Assembly: GCA_027488905.1 (NCBI GenBank)
Contig: JAIYAT010000020.1
Location: 246,490-310,489 of the forward strand
Direction of reading: 5' to 3'
From: Bacteroidota bacterium
Lineage (GTDB): Bacteria > Bacteroidota > Bacteroidia > UKL13-3
DNA: 64,000 bases
Within the stretch, counting starts at the first letter, position 1; every line of letters begins with the position of its first letter. The position numbers were made by a program, and so were the translations under genes. The notes below the pieces were generated by a model that had not been told where the DNA came from, made no database searches, and worked only from the letters and a program-made list of their open reading frames with translations. Below are positions 12,001 to 19,017 of the stretch, in pieces.

Positions 12001-13694
12001 ATATTTAATTTGTTTTGTGAACCAACTGCCGGAGCAATTGTAAAAATTGAATTCAATTCATAGGTAGGATTTAAGTCTCTGTGTAAGGCCACATTTCCTT
12101 TTGTAAAGGTTAAAGAAAAGAAATCCATTGTTCCTGTCCCACTCAGTTGGCCATTTAAATAACCATTTACAGTAAGACTAACCCCCCCAGAGGTGTTTAA
12201 GTCTAAGTTTCCATTAACCGTAATATTGCCTTCGTTCATGGCTAAACCAGAAGCTCCACCAACGGTCAAAGCATGTGTGGTAAGACTTCCTGCCCCAGCT
12301 GTAAAGGATCCTCCTGAGTTAACTATTAAATTGCCATTTACTGTTAAAGATGCAGTTACGGCTTCAGAATATTCCAAAGTTCCACTAACGGTAAGATTTC
12401 TACAATTTAAATTGCTATTGTCTAAAGTAACACCTGAACCTGCTGGAATAATAACATTCTCTAAGTTTGTTGGCACAACCCCGCCTACCCATGTAGTGCT
12501 GCTCGACCAAAATCCACCCAAGGCTGTTGCCGTAATGGTGCTTCCTCCAAGTGTGATGGCATTTCCAGTAGCAGCAACAGAACTATAAGATTCCTTCCTA
12601 GCATAAACCTGCCAATGGTAGGTAGTTCCTGCTCGTAAAGGAGCTACATTTAAAGTATTAAGGGTATTAGTATTTGCCAAAACAGAAGTAAACCAAGAGT
12701 AAGAAGCTCCGGCATTGTCTGAAATATAAATATCAAATCCTGTTTCGTTATTAGAATTATCATTCCATTGCAAAAACATCCCGTCTGAAGAAATCCCAGT
12801 CAATACCAAATTAGTTGGAGATGCAGGCTCAACTGGTGTAAAACGATAAAACCTTCTATTTGGATCGGCACTGCTACTTAAACTGCTTATTGGCCCTGAG
12901 GTTGAACGTGAAAAAGAAAAAGGTGTTAAATTTGGCGGATTAACTTGCTCTGTATGTGAAGTTATATCAATTAATTTTTGAATAGTTGCTGTAGCAGTAT
13001 TAAAACCAACTATGAAATTACCCAATCCATTTAAGTTGTCAACAAACATATTCCCATACACATATTCAACAACTCCAGTGCGCTCATACAAACGCAATTG
13101 CCATGTACTTAAATTAGATGAATTTATGGTGGTTGAATTTTGTGATAAACGCATATTTTGAAATTCAACCACTAAACATCTATTTGGAAAAGATCCTATT
13201 AATTTACTGTGAATTTTTCCATTGCTTGCAGGCCCCATTCCACTGATTAAACCACCCGCACTGCTAACTCCAAATGGAGACAAGGTATTTGTTATAGTGC
13301 CATAAAAATTTGTTGGTGCTGGCACATTAAACCCCAATTGAACAATACCAGCTTGGTTAAGACCTAACTGGTTAATTTTCGTCCCCATAAAATAGAAGTC
13401 GAATCCTATATTTACCACTGGTGAAGAAGCGGCTGTTCTGCCACCCTCAACCAATGTGGTAGTTCCAGATGTCATATCAACCGCGTTCGAATTCATGTCT
13501 AAACCCAAAGAACCATTATTATTGGTGCTGTAGGAATAATTAACAAGATTTGCTTGACCCCAAACTTGCGTGAAAGAAATTAACAGCATGGCAATAAGCA
13601 AAACAAAAGAATGCCATTTTCGAAAATCTGCTCGAGAAGTAGGGCTTAAAATGCTAGCATGAACTAATGGGAATTGCCAATTAAGTTTAGCCAT
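1..13694 (-). CDS. Giant secreted/cell-surface repeat protein (partial; C-terminus lies beyond the window start). Over 4,560 codons. It has an N-terminal signal peptide and an FN3-like domain, followed by very long Gly/Thr/Asn/Ser-rich beta-strand repeats
   Basis: The minus-strand ATG is at 13692-13694 (MAKLNWQFPLVHASILSPTSRADFRKWHSFVLLIAMLLISFTQVWGQ...). The ORF track shows no minus-strand stop-terminated ORF anywhere in 1-14122, so this frame stays open to position 1. Hand translation near 12600-12720 gives GFDIYISDNAGASYSWF...LRAGTTYHWQVYA, which is FN3-like. Every listed plus-strand ORF in 64-12588 is an antisense artefact of the repeats. Confidence 0.7.
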   Translation of the reverse strand, partial: MAKLNWQFPLVHASILSPTSRADFRKWHSFVLLIAMLLISFTQVWGQANLVNYSYSTNNNGSLGLDMNSNAVDMTSGTTTLVEGGRTAASSPVVNIGFDFYFMGTKINQLGLNQAGIVQLGFNVPAPTNFYGTITNTLSPFGVSSAGGLISGMGPASNGKIHSKLIGSFPNRCLVVEFQNMRLSQNSTTINSSNLSTWQLRLYERTGVVEYVYGNMFVDNLNGLGNFIVGFNTATATIQKLIDITSHTEQVNPPNLTPFSFSRSTSGPISSLSSSADPNRRFYRFTPVEPASPTNLVLTGISSDGMFLQWNDNSNNETGFDIYISDNAGASYSWFTSVLANTNTLNTLNVAPLRAGTTYHWQVYARKESYSSVAATGNAITLGGSTITATALGGFWSSSTTWVGGVVPTNLENVIIPAGSGVTLDNSNLNCRNLTVSGTLEYSEAVTASLTVNGNLIVNSGGSFTAGAGSLTTHALTVGGASGLAMNEGNITVNGNLDLNTSGGVSLTVNGYLNGQLSGTGTMDFFSLTFTKGNVALHRDLNPTYELNSIFTIAPAVGSQNKLNINAGTIKVNVGITVFPYAGSVSMVGAAGRLWINHPNALISQNTPFTASNGGQSNISGELRIDAGTFTYGSGGNTDIIFSNGSSAALVINGGTLNCYAGLLWGNSNATSVMFTMTGGTINIDDANPLVASNTSFNQFSLGSLQTVLWTGGTILIRNPIPVAGLTTVALPAGGSKVITGGTLQIGDAISTQTGGPFANNCGFGLNLGFPVWNLVINNRVDAFPSRMARLTGASLVQNNLTIESNGYLFTGNATTGFNLSVRGNINIAAGGKLMGAEPGNTTSLLGTLILDGLSGQQQVGGLGDIENIFGLQVANLSGVTLNKNLTFTQVQLSFGNVSMGSGNVLTIGRSLPGHNPFVIVGSGLTNFDAGTFNSTPTFNVSAGNMHLQYIQSRNAISMGTGNEVPVGSSLNLRRFLVNNPLGVTLSKSLVVDTLTMTSGDITLGANDLTLGTAVATPGSYSYSAGNIITNSSGLFYRWFPTSGLPTSAFNGSVGHFPMGAPLTNRHVWLYFSSATALSTGGLIGVQHDATTGTSNLTQTPIEPNQLDTTSFQVTTITSPNIVVSSMADYPLVVGDTVRLRSGGTLPTGLTSNSNYYVVSVAGNTIQISATRGGTALTWTGTGIGTHRIWRHMVLHRRTNCNWSISSPSNTPVLASGQNVSLRIQGSNALQTINSLVDVTLSGPDGRTLVGFVGVGTGTSSANPVANRLRVPTISALLSSFYMAAQNANYGSEVTTVTSIASGDWGNPSTWSTGLVPNSNQNVIIQSGHTIGLSGGVQPYFANNLTINNGGVLNASSDSLYIGPNGGGNRSFLVSGSLNISNTATINVNGNMAILNGASFVMGGGFINIDGNNGTASGSVLNTVDLFSIGHATLGNFSTGTVLVNGGTITIVDPHFLNTNTSIYSFAYRSSSPSNVWAGNTLVIGGTTGLNKSGATPGFNIGTFISSGRLMLGNLIINGQNIGNTSNGARFCTTPTGSSSGFECINLTVNANSELRQTSTFSESITVAGNLVNNGLITTLQTTTPSTILTEGGIKLAMLSGTTEVASIFNQTISGTGNWSNQLSAIPTGWNAGANYQVGDVITITNGTSASPIRLFVASITATGGIGSWGISDPGRDYTTLPISPFAISGGSGTGASITTFTYLNRTAHISALVVGSQSGNSTQLPVVNPIEWDINNLVIERLSLVNGIVKLDENNFILGRTLNITTAPTMHGGLLAWATPSTTALGGFINTTGSFRRVISSLSVTTVASPGTGTTSFPTAIVASGGSPSLGVFPMVAQSGFRHRYFTFAYSATPSVTTPGIYSAQHFDTAGITTTPGFVETNIYNRVTKSDWVITMPTAITYTAGPTLTTRIQGNMAVLPSNITTTSMCLSTGLIAPGSLSNGTGTTTTIQANRSFIPFAGLINSWSICAPNTDLASVTAASGNWNTPATWLANSVPTASENVIIQEGHTVALNTTLPTSASCNNLTINTGGALNATGNTLTIGSLNNSLLDANGSLLIDGATLNVNGRMTVANAANSAFTFLSGTINVDGNDGSIANSVTSGNTLCLIGTTGAVNVVGGNLNIIDPPIGTSGNAFQFLGGVNFVWPNLNLTFGDGSSSTQAAFNGTNLTADFGFNISTSGVRIGNLIINSGNTLNRRVINTSILWVRNNITISAGSQLRNSGTLGLAGNLINDGEMINTGTLSFSLSGAINSLAQNVTGSGTFRNSIPSISGFASGTGYAVGDILQIQPSGTSGSPIEFYVTSVSSGNVTGGFVSNMGALTGSYDNTSAHVMNGGSGLSQTCSSVISPIPVAMFTNLTIANSNANGINMAAVSGQVNAANNFNTVSSSLTLGSSLIDFGSNNFAHGFRDPLTTATPSVNPGFPSFSIGARVKTTGAVTRWIQANAAPNIPNAFGGLCPVGTNSDVRYFGFFWPLASSVTTGGYVSVVHTPTAGLNTVTAFTDGPLSINRVTSGTWQVSTGGGLVSTGAVSIRIFGYGLLAPPSPADISITLAATAAPGTYASGSGLVATQPQANRLLASQADLNNTFRIGANVTNLFERVTIASGNWNDPAIWDGGTSIPGTNDNVKIKSGHTVALNTNSNIISLNVQNGATLNAPANDLNITASLTASGSVNLTGANVTIGGGTQSGILIPNNGLLNITAGVVTLGPAGGGDRLVNHQAGATLTQTGGTFNINGNIAFAGGTFNMSGGNMNIDPNSGVIATSLAPNLNVFNVATTLGGTVNGGTITIVDPLLQHGTGFAFTSSATIANEWVGNTLRFGDGSSTQASGHAGGFQVNMSSNHVLGNVIINGGNASRRFVNVGSISSSPFGNLSATNLTINAGSELRFMGVDAAGVALNISGNFENNGAMVGGASLNFRRGTGNLSALSQTLSGTGLFTTRAFRVTSTSVAGTGYMIGDTLTFTGGTASTQAQILVTGVDGSGGINNWVHFTNGDYSVLPTSPVTLSGGTGTGAIVNINPATTATNGLAMLGRGNLLNVSFFNSNLAGINWEVDGLRVINNISFSTTSGVVNRVNLGTNNLTLGDSTTTLTGTLSWSAGGFTSTTGKFRRWMSTSNFPTSAFTGSPGHFPFFNGNYLRHLFLYSSTASALSAGGIFEASHNFGTGISPITLVIDNGYPINNQGNASWTVGTANANGAAALAIASGININLALRGDSLPNIVNTISDLRIMQASSVSGLHISGTGTAANPQAQRAFSSLTELANTHYFAGHVSNFNSITPIFTIANGNWADPTIWNTNTVPTELNNVTISHTVNLVGGTSFGAFSLTLNSGGILIANSNTLSVFGGITSNAGSSIIINGATLNAANLSLTGAFEINSGTSNLIGGSLIGLTINNGGAYKQTGGTVNVGLGNNFSRFLVSSSSTSRDSISGGSLNINGNMVIQGPFVQTGGVITIDGNSGVASTSVASGNPLFHLNHNSLSNGCLFNGGSIVIVDPHHESLSSATLTNQSIYFQTQSFYTSFSGTHTFQLGDGISTTPGIASGFAVETYGAFSNNCPLQNLVVNGGNGLNRFGATSAGNSTIYGTYIKGNLTINSGSEFRHVNSVAVPFEVGGNIVNNGILTNEGLSPLLLGSAGIFVPQSSQTISGTGVFRNLVPRGPSPYSLPPSVSNPTSDEDVGNITITQGATTILNNTTAVNSLSGTIGVAGSGSVTGSYSNFTGYGPYNLNAGVLHGFSVSSIQTGGSWQNAMAIWIDYNQNGVFTDAGEQIHLGGIVAGNHTQSGTFTVPITAISGNTRMRVLCNEGTITGPTMAVSFGEYEEYTVNIVGSTGVFQMPSANTRNITINNTVSGAVITSTIDSLSFSGSLILTNGRFATTGKITMLNGSAISRTNGFVDGYLERYFATGANVAQTFFTGTGVQYAPITLTYPTVSTAGYAKWKSVAGDHPEIDLTCLNANASVNRYFEFGSNTVLPLTYNANFTYGAGDNDAGVTPATYVAYRYTNSTWSTNITPFGTPTNTNFVLNGQTALGAFQIGNQPLGVTNTTLASQTGCTGSNSRIITNASGPGLNYQWLFKCNSCSTFVNLSNGASYAGVDNDTLTIISSAAGQEGQYFCNITTSCVPGAQTDTMTFTLNPGLADNTVSGNQTICTGTIPAAFTGSVPTGGNSSYNYQWLRSTTSATSGFSVSFGTTSLQDYNYPFTLTQNTWLRRLVTSGQCRDTSSSVLVTVNPLISNNTITGAQQIITGFSADSINGSIPLGGNGTYSFAWISRTPTSIFGSATGTNTNRVYYPGVLNDTTYFRRIVSAGVCPSDTSGIIEITVNPIITNNIISSNQTICTGSTATQLTGTIPAGGNGAFSYRWLSSTTSASSGFVFASGVNIGSSYNPGVRTTTTWFKRVVSSSGGFDTSAAIEITVNSIISNNSISSSQDVINGTIPFSLTGTTPSGGNGTYLFQWEISTSGPSSGFTNASGTSTDKDFIPGALITDTWYRRAVSAGVCPSNTSAAIKMTIVSPIANNTIGSNQTICSGNAPSGLLGSTPTGASGVFTYQWISSTTGSDNNFIQASGV

Positions 13695-14122
13695 TTGATT
13701 GTTATAGCTGAATGACTCTTTTAACTTTTTGAGATTAAAAAAGTGATGCAACCTAACATTACTAACTCTTGAATTTTGATGATTCATATAGGTTTGATTT
13801 AGTTAATTTTCTATTTCAAACCAGGCAATAAGATTCCCAGAAGCCCTAAAGCTAAATTGATTATCAAGATTTTATGTAAAATCTACTTAAATGTTTAAAT
13901 CAATTGTAAAGTTCTCTCGATAGGCGTCTTTTCTCTTTATTGTCTAGTTTTTTGATATATGAACATAAAGAAGGTCAAGAACTTTGACAACTACTTAACA
14001 ACCTAACAATTAGTAGAATTATGCGAATGGCATAAAATACTCTGTTAACAATTACTTTACTTACTTAAAATACTAAATATTTTCTTAATTCAAGTTAAAA
14101 TGAAATTAAAATTAGGTAATTT

Positions 14123-15040
14123 TTAAGAATCCAACTCCCAAAGCATCACATTTTTATCATCACTAACTGATAAAAATTTATCTTTTGACATCCAGGCAAT
14201 TTTGTTGATAGAATTTACATGCGCTTGATGCCGCTGCTTGTCCATAACCCTTACCAATTCAAAGCTTTCAGCATCCCATATCTTAATGGTTTTATCCATG
14301 CTAGAAGTTAAAAATAGATTATAAACAGGATTAAATGCGATGGAATGTACATGCAAATTATGCGCTGCTACCGAATTTACTAAGGAAAAGCCATTCTTTA
14401 CATCCCAAAAATTTAACATTGCATCTCTTCCACCACTTAACAAAAAATCTCCTTTTAAATCGAAGGCTAAAGAAAAGACTGAATTGCTGTGCGCTGCAAT
14501 TTTGGGTTGAACCAAATGTAAATCTTCATCATATACATAAATATGAAAATCGCTTGAACCCAATGCCATCAAACCTTTGCTAGGATGAATAGCAATGCAC
14601 CTGATACTTTTATTGGATAAGGTTATTAACCTTTCAAATGCTAAACTTTGCGAGTCATACAAACTTATGCTTCCATCTCCCCCGGCCACAATCACACTAT
14701 TCCCCCACTTTTTGATATCAAAAACACCTCTGGTATGCGTAGTGAGTAGCTTCAATTCTGCTTTGTTTTGCAAATCTATCACATGCAAATTCCCTGATGC
14801 CGCGCCAATCCACAAATAATTGGATCCTTCATCATAAAACAAACTATAAACAGGCTCGGTTAATTTGGCAATCAAACGCCCCTGATTGGGTTCAGCTTCA
14901 CTCCAAGCAATCACCATTCCATCAGCAGCTCCTGAATAAATTAGGTTTTGCTTTGTATTTATTCCTAAAGCATAAATACTACCTGTGTGACCACTAAAAT
15001 TTATTAGCCTTCTGGCATTTATTCTATTCTTTGTTTGCAT
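14123..15040 (-). CDS. WD40-repeat protein
   Basis: 305 aa with recurring ...IAWS / KIWD / NFWD / MLWE dipeptide-terminated repeats typical of WD40 beta-propellers. Confidence 0.6.
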   Translation of the reverse strand: MQTKNRINARRLINFSGHTGSIYALGINTKQNLIYSGAADGMVIAWSEAEPNQGRLIAKLTEPVYSLFYDEGSNYLWIGAASGNLHVIDLQNKAELKLLTTHTRGVFDIKKWGNSVIVAGGDGSISLYDSQSLAFERLITLSNKSIRCIAIHPSKGLMALGSSDFHIYVYDEDLHLVQPKIAAHSNSVFSLAFDLKGDFLLSGGRDAMLNFWDVKNGFSLVNSVAAHNLHVHSIAFNPVYNLFLTSSMDKTIKIWDAESFELVRVMDKQRHQAHVNSINKIAWMSKDKFLSVSDDKNVMLWELDS

Positions 15041-15082
15041 CTTGGTTCAAAAATGAGTTTTAATTTTTAAACTTGCAGTAAG

Positions 15083-15739
15083 ATGCCTTTAATTGACCAA
15101 ATATTAATTAGTGAAAATAACCTTATTGCAATTTGGCATATTACGGAGTCTACAGAAGATTTAAAACTTCAGCTAACAGAACAATATTCGGAAGCCGAAA
15201 AAGAAACGCGGATTAACGGAGCAAACGCAATGCATTGGCTTGCAAGCAGATGTTTAATTCAAGAGGTCTTTAGAGGAAATAAATTAAGGTTAGAAAAAGA
15301 CAATAACAACCATCCTACACTTTACGTAAACAATGTCAAATGGCATATTTCAATTACGCATGCTGCGGATAAAGCTGGAATTTATATTAGTAAAAACAAG
15401 CAAATTGGTATCGATTTAGAGCTTGTAGATGCTAGAATTCTTAGGGTCAGCCCAAAATTTATGAACGAAAAAGAACTTGAATTTGCTGGAAACCCTAATC
15501 AAGTTGCAGAGATGACCCTCATTTGGAGTGCCAAAGAATCTTTATATAAGCTGTATAATAAAAAAGAACTCGATTTTAAAAACCACTTAGTCATCGAGCC
15601 TTTTAATTCGGTTCAAACCGAAAAATTCTTTATAGGGAATATTCTAAAAGATTATATCCACAGAAAACAGAAAATACATTTTAAATTTTATGAGCAAGTT
15701 GTGCTCACTTATACTTCAGAAGACGATGCAGAAAATTGA
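15083..15739 (+). CDS. 4'-phosphopantetheinyl transferase (Sfp-type)
   Basis: Carries the PPTase signature motifs QIGIDLELVD (G-x-D-x-E) and WSAKESLYK (W/F-S-x-KE-S-x-x-K). Confidence 0.6.
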   Translation: MPLIDQILISENNLIAIWHITESTEDLKLQLTEQYSEAEKETRINGANAMHWLASRCLIQEVFRGNKLRLEKDNNNHPTLYVNNVKWHISITHAADKAGIYISKNKQIGIDLELVDARILRVSPKFMNEKELEFAGNPNQVAEMTLIWSAKESLYKLYNKKELDFKNHLVIEPFNSVQTEKFFIGNILKDYIHRKQKIHFKFYEQVVLTYTSEDDAEN

Positions 15740-16133
15740 ACATATTGGCATAGCCGTAGCAAATGCTGAAAAATCTATCGACTTGTTTAACAAGCTTTTC
15801 AACACCACACCCTACAAAACAGAACCTGTAGAAAGCGAATATGTTAACACCATCTTTTATCAAATTGGACCTAACAAAATCGAACTTTTGGAAGCCACCA
15901 ATGCCCAAAGCACAATTGCTAAGTTTATTGAAAAAAAAGGAGAAGGCATTCACCATATTGCATTTGCGGTTGAAGACATTTATGCAGAACTCAAAAGACT
16001 AAAGGAAGAAGGTTTTACCTTAATTCATGAAACGCCAAAAAAAGGTGCTGATAATAAACTTATTGCTTTTGTGCACCCTAAAGACACAAATGGTGTGTTA
16101 ATAGAATTATGTCAAGAAATCCCTAGCCTTTAA
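15723..16133 (+). CDS. Methylmalonyl-CoA epimerase-like VOC (glyoxalase) family protein
   Basis: MQKIEHIGIAVANAEKSIDLF...GEGIHHIAFAVEDIYAELKRLKEEGF...NGVLIELCQE, the typical MCE/VOC fold signature. The likely start is the internal Met at 15723 of ORF 15690..16133, slightly overlapping the PPTase stop. Confidence 0.65.
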   Translation, partial: TMQKIEHIGIAVANAEKSIDLFNKLFNTTPYKTEPVESEYVNTIFYQIGPNKIELLEATNAQSTIAKFIEKKGEGIHHIAFAVEDIYAELKRLKEEGFTLIHETPKKGADNKLIAFVHPKDTNGVLIELCQEIPSL

Positions 16134-16447
16134 TACCTAAGTTCGTCTAACAAACTTCTAAATTCATTTTTTGTCTTAGTGTCCTTGCTGTTTTTTAAAA
16201 TTTCTAATCCTTTTTCTAAAAAATTACAGGCTTTTTCGGTTTGACCCAAATTTGAGTAAACCATAGCTATCTGGTAAAGTGTAGCTACATGTTCAGTATT
16301 GATTTCCAACGTTTTATTGAACCAAATTAGGGCATTTTCGGTATTTGAATCTCCCAAATATTCCAAAGCAATGGCATAAGTTAGGAAAGTATCTACCTTA
16401 TTTTCCTCGAACATTTGTAAGAGTTTTGCTAATCGTTCTTGGTTCAT
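16130..16447 (-). CDS. Tetratricopeptide-repeat protein
   Basis: 105 aa with TPR-like A/L/Y helical repeats (ALEYLGDSNTENALIWFNKTLEIN..., YQIAMVYSNLGQTEKACNFLEKGLEI). Confidence 0.5.
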   Translation of the reverse strand: MNQERLAKLLQMFEENKVDTFLTYAIALEYLGDSNTENALIWFNKTLEINTEHVATLYQIAMVYSNLGQTEKACNFLEKGLEILKNSKDTKTKNEFRSLLDELRY

Positions 16448-16543
16448 TTCAGATTCTTAAATATTGGATTATTTTTGCGCACCCAAAACTAATAGAATCT
16501 TAGGGCTTAAAAAAAACCTAAGGCAACTAAATCTGAAAAGAAT

Positions 16544-17281
16544 ATGAAAGTACTGGTTTGTATCAGCAATGTTCCCGACACTACCACCAAGGTAACATTC
16601 ACAGAAAACAACACAAAATTTAACACACAAGGTGTTCAATTTATCATCAATCCGTATGATGAATTAGCGCTTACCAAAGCACTAGAATTAACAGAGAAAT
16701 CTGGCGGAACGGTTACTGCTATTAATGTTGGCTTAGCAGATGCTGAACCTAGCATTAGAAAAGCCTTAGCCATTGGTGCACATGATGCAGTTAGAATAAA
16801 TGCAGAGCCTGTAGATGCCTTTTTTGTGGCTGCAGAAATTGCCAATTATGCAAAAAATGAGAATTTCGACCTTATCCTAGCTGGTCGCGAAAGCATTGAT
16901 TACAATGGTGGTTTAGTTGCTGGCTTATTAGCAGAAATGTTAAATATGCCTAGTGTAAACGTAATTACTGCAATTGAAGTTAATGGAGATACTGTAAGCT
17001 TAGAAAGAGATATTGATGGCGGAAGAGAGAAACTAGAATGTAAACTTCCATTGGTAGTTAGCGCTCAAAAAGAATTAACAGAACCAAGAATTCCAAATAT
17101 GCGTGGCATTATGGCAGCGCGCACCAAGCCTTTAAAAGTAGTAGAAGCTAACACAGCGCAAGCAAACTCACAAACCTTAAGCTTTGAATTGCCAGCAGCA
17201 AAAGGAGCTTGTAAAATGATCTCAGTTGAAGAAGCTGGGAAATTAATAGAATTGCTTCACTCAGAAGCCAAAGTAATTTAA
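16544..17281 (+). CDS. etfB: Electron transfer flavoprotein beta subunit
   Basis: MKVLVCISNVPDTTTKV...INPYDELALTKALEL...DLILAGRESIDYNGG, the canonical EtfB pattern, immediately followed by etfA. Confidence 0.85.
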   Translation: MKVLVCISNVPDTTTKVTFTENNTKFNTQGVQFIINPYDELALTKALELTEKSGGTVTAINVGLADAEPSIRKALAIGAHDAVRINAEPVDAFFVAAEIANYAKNENFDLILAGRESIDYNGGLVAGLLAEMLNMPSVNVITAIEVNGDTVSLERDIDGGREKLECKLPLVVSAQKELTEPRIPNMRGIMAARTKPLKVVEANTAQANSQTLSFELPAAKGACKMISVEEAGKLIELLHSEAKVI

Positions 17282-17298
17282 AGCATAAAATATCGAAT

Positions 17299-18267
17299 AT
17301 GAACATATTAGTATTTGCAGAAAATCAAGAAGGAAACTTCAAAAAATCTGTCTTTGAAGCCATTTCTTTCGCAAGCCAAATAAGCGAAGGAAAAGTAATG
17401 GTTGCCTCTATAGGCAAAGTTGACGAGGCTAAATTAGCCGAGTTAGGAAAATATGGCGCCAACAAAGTTTACCATTACCAACAAGAATATTTAAATCAAT
17501 TCAATGGCGAGTTATATAGCAAAGTAATTGCCCATGCTGCTAAATCTTGTAATGCAGATGTCATTGTTATTTCCAATACTTATAGTGGTAAAATGGTTGC
17601 GCCTCGCGTTGCTGCGCAACTAAATGCAGGGATAGCCTCAGGCGTTATCTCTTTACCGGATACCCAAGCTGGTTTTAAAGTTAGAAGAAGCGTATTTTCT
17701 GGAAAAGCATTTGCTGATGTTGCCATTAACACCTCAGTAAAAGTACTTGCAATTACACCAAATTCTTTCACAATAAATGAAATTGACAATACCTGTTCTG
17801 TAGAAGCAGCTGATGCTGGCTTAAATGCTACAGATGCCAAAACTAAATCTATTGAAATTGCTAGGGCCAGTGGAAAAATTCCATTGACAGAAGCAGAATT
17901 AGTGGTTAGCGCTGGCAGAGGAATGAAAGGTCCTGAAAATTGGAACTTAGTTGAAGAATTGGCCGATATTCTTGGAGCAGCCACTGCTTGTTCTAAACCC
18001 GTAAGTGACATGCATTGGAGACCGCATAGCGAACATGTTGGTCAAACTGGTATTACCATTAAGCCTAACTTGTATATTGCCATTGGTATCAGTGGTGCTA
18101 TTCAACACCTTGCTGGTGTTAGCTCAAGTAAGGTAATTGTTGCCATCAACAAAGATCCAGAAGCACCTTTCTTTAAGGCTGCAGATTATGGCATAATTGG
18201 AGATGCCTTCGAAATCTTACCTAAAATAACTGAGGCAGCAAAAGCTTTCAAATCTCAGCAGGCATAA
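17299..18267 (+). CDS. etfA: Electron transfer flavoprotein alpha subunit
   Basis: 322 aa. The C-terminal FAD-binding region (VSAGRGMKGPENW...AIGISGAIQHLAGV...) is typical of EtfA. The gene is operonic with etfB. Confidence 0.85.
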   Translation: MNILVFAENQEGNFKKSVFEAISFASQISEGKVMVASIGKVDEAKLAELGKYGANKVYHYQQEYLNQFNGELYSKVIAHAAKSCNADVIVISNTYSGKMVAPRVAAQLNAGIASGVISLPDTQAGFKVRRSVFSGKAFADVAINTSVKVLAITPNSFTINEIDNTCSVEAADAGLNATDAKTKSIEIARASGKIPLTEAELVVSAGRGMKGPENWNLVEELADILGAATACSKPVSDMHWRPHSEHVGQTGITIKPNLYIAIGISGAIQHLAGVSSSKVIVAINKDPEAPFFKAADYGIIGDAFEILPKITEAAKAFKSQQA

Positions 18268-18283
18268 GCTGAAATCCTTATTA

Positions 18284-18314
18284 AAACGGCTGTACTGAAG
18301 TGCAGCCGTTTTTG
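18284..18314 (+). terminator. Rho-independent terminator after etfA
   Basis: aacggctgtactgaagtgcagccgtttttgttt: a GC stem (with one G-U wobble) followed by a T-run. Confidence 0.55.
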
Positions 18315-18424
18315 TTTATTTGACTTCAAATCAATTTAATTTTCTGGCCAAAACATTTTTGGGATAACTTGTGCTTGGTTCGTCGTTCTATTTTACTTAA
18401 TTCGTTATCCCAAAAAAAAATTGA

Positions 18425-19015
18425 ATGAATAGGGTAAAACTTAGCGTAGCAGCTGTAAGCACTGGTCAAACCAGTGGCTCATACACACTTATACTAGCTG
18501 AAGAAAACAGCAATAGGAAACTTCCTGTTGTAATTGGAAGCTTTGAAGCCCAAGCCATAGCCTTAGAAATTGAAAAAGTGGTTCCTTTTAGGCCAATGAC
18601 CCACGACTTATTTATTAACTTCTTTGGTCTTTTTGATATAACCATGCATGAAGTGGTTATCTATAATTTACTTGAAGGTGTTTTCCATGCCAAAATGGTA
18701 TGCGAATTTCAAGGTGAAATTAAAGAATTAGACGCTAGAACCTCCGATGCAATTGCCTTAGCCGTTCGGTTTAAATGCCCTATTTATACTTATGAGGACA
18801 TTATGGACGCAGCTTCTGTAGAATTTAATGATGAATTACATGAAGCCACCGAAGCACCGGCTCAAAAACCAAAAAGCAAACCAGCCGAAGAACCAAGAGA
18901 ATACACCAAAATGACCCTCGAACAATTGCATACCTTACTTGAAAAAGCCCTCTCAGTGGAAGATTATATTAAGGCTGCAAAAATTAGGGATGAGATTCAA
19001 CGGAGACAAAAATAA
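18425..19015 (+). CDS. Bifunctional nuclease (DUF151) family protein with a C-terminal UVR domain
   Basis: ...LPVVIGSFEAQAIALEIE... core typical of DUF151. The C-terminus MTLEQLHTLLEKALSVEDYIKAAKIRDEIQRRQK resembles a UvrB/UvrC interaction (UVR) motif. Confidence 0.6.
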   Translation: MNRVKLSVAAVSTGQTSGSYTLILAEENSNRKLPVVIGSFEAQAIALEIEKVVPFRPMTHDLFINFFGLFDITMHEVVIYNLLEGVFHAKMVCEFQGEIKELDARTSDAIALAVRFKCPIYTYEDIMDAASVEFNDELHEATEAPAQKPKSKPAEEPREYTKMTLEQLHTLLEKALSVEDYIKAAKIRDEIQRRQK

Positions 19016-19017
19016 TT

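Noticed and set aside
64-12588. About 17 plus-strand ORFs of 60-143 aa (P/V/L-rich products) inside the first 13 kb
   Set aside because: They lie antisense to the giant repeat-protein gene. The G/T/N-rich repeats on the coding strand read as P/V/L-rich stop-poor frames on the opposite strand. There is no independent support.
14335-14997. Plus-strand ORFs overlapping the WD40 gene
   Set aside because: They are shadow ORFs antisense to a gene with clear WD-repeat periodicity.
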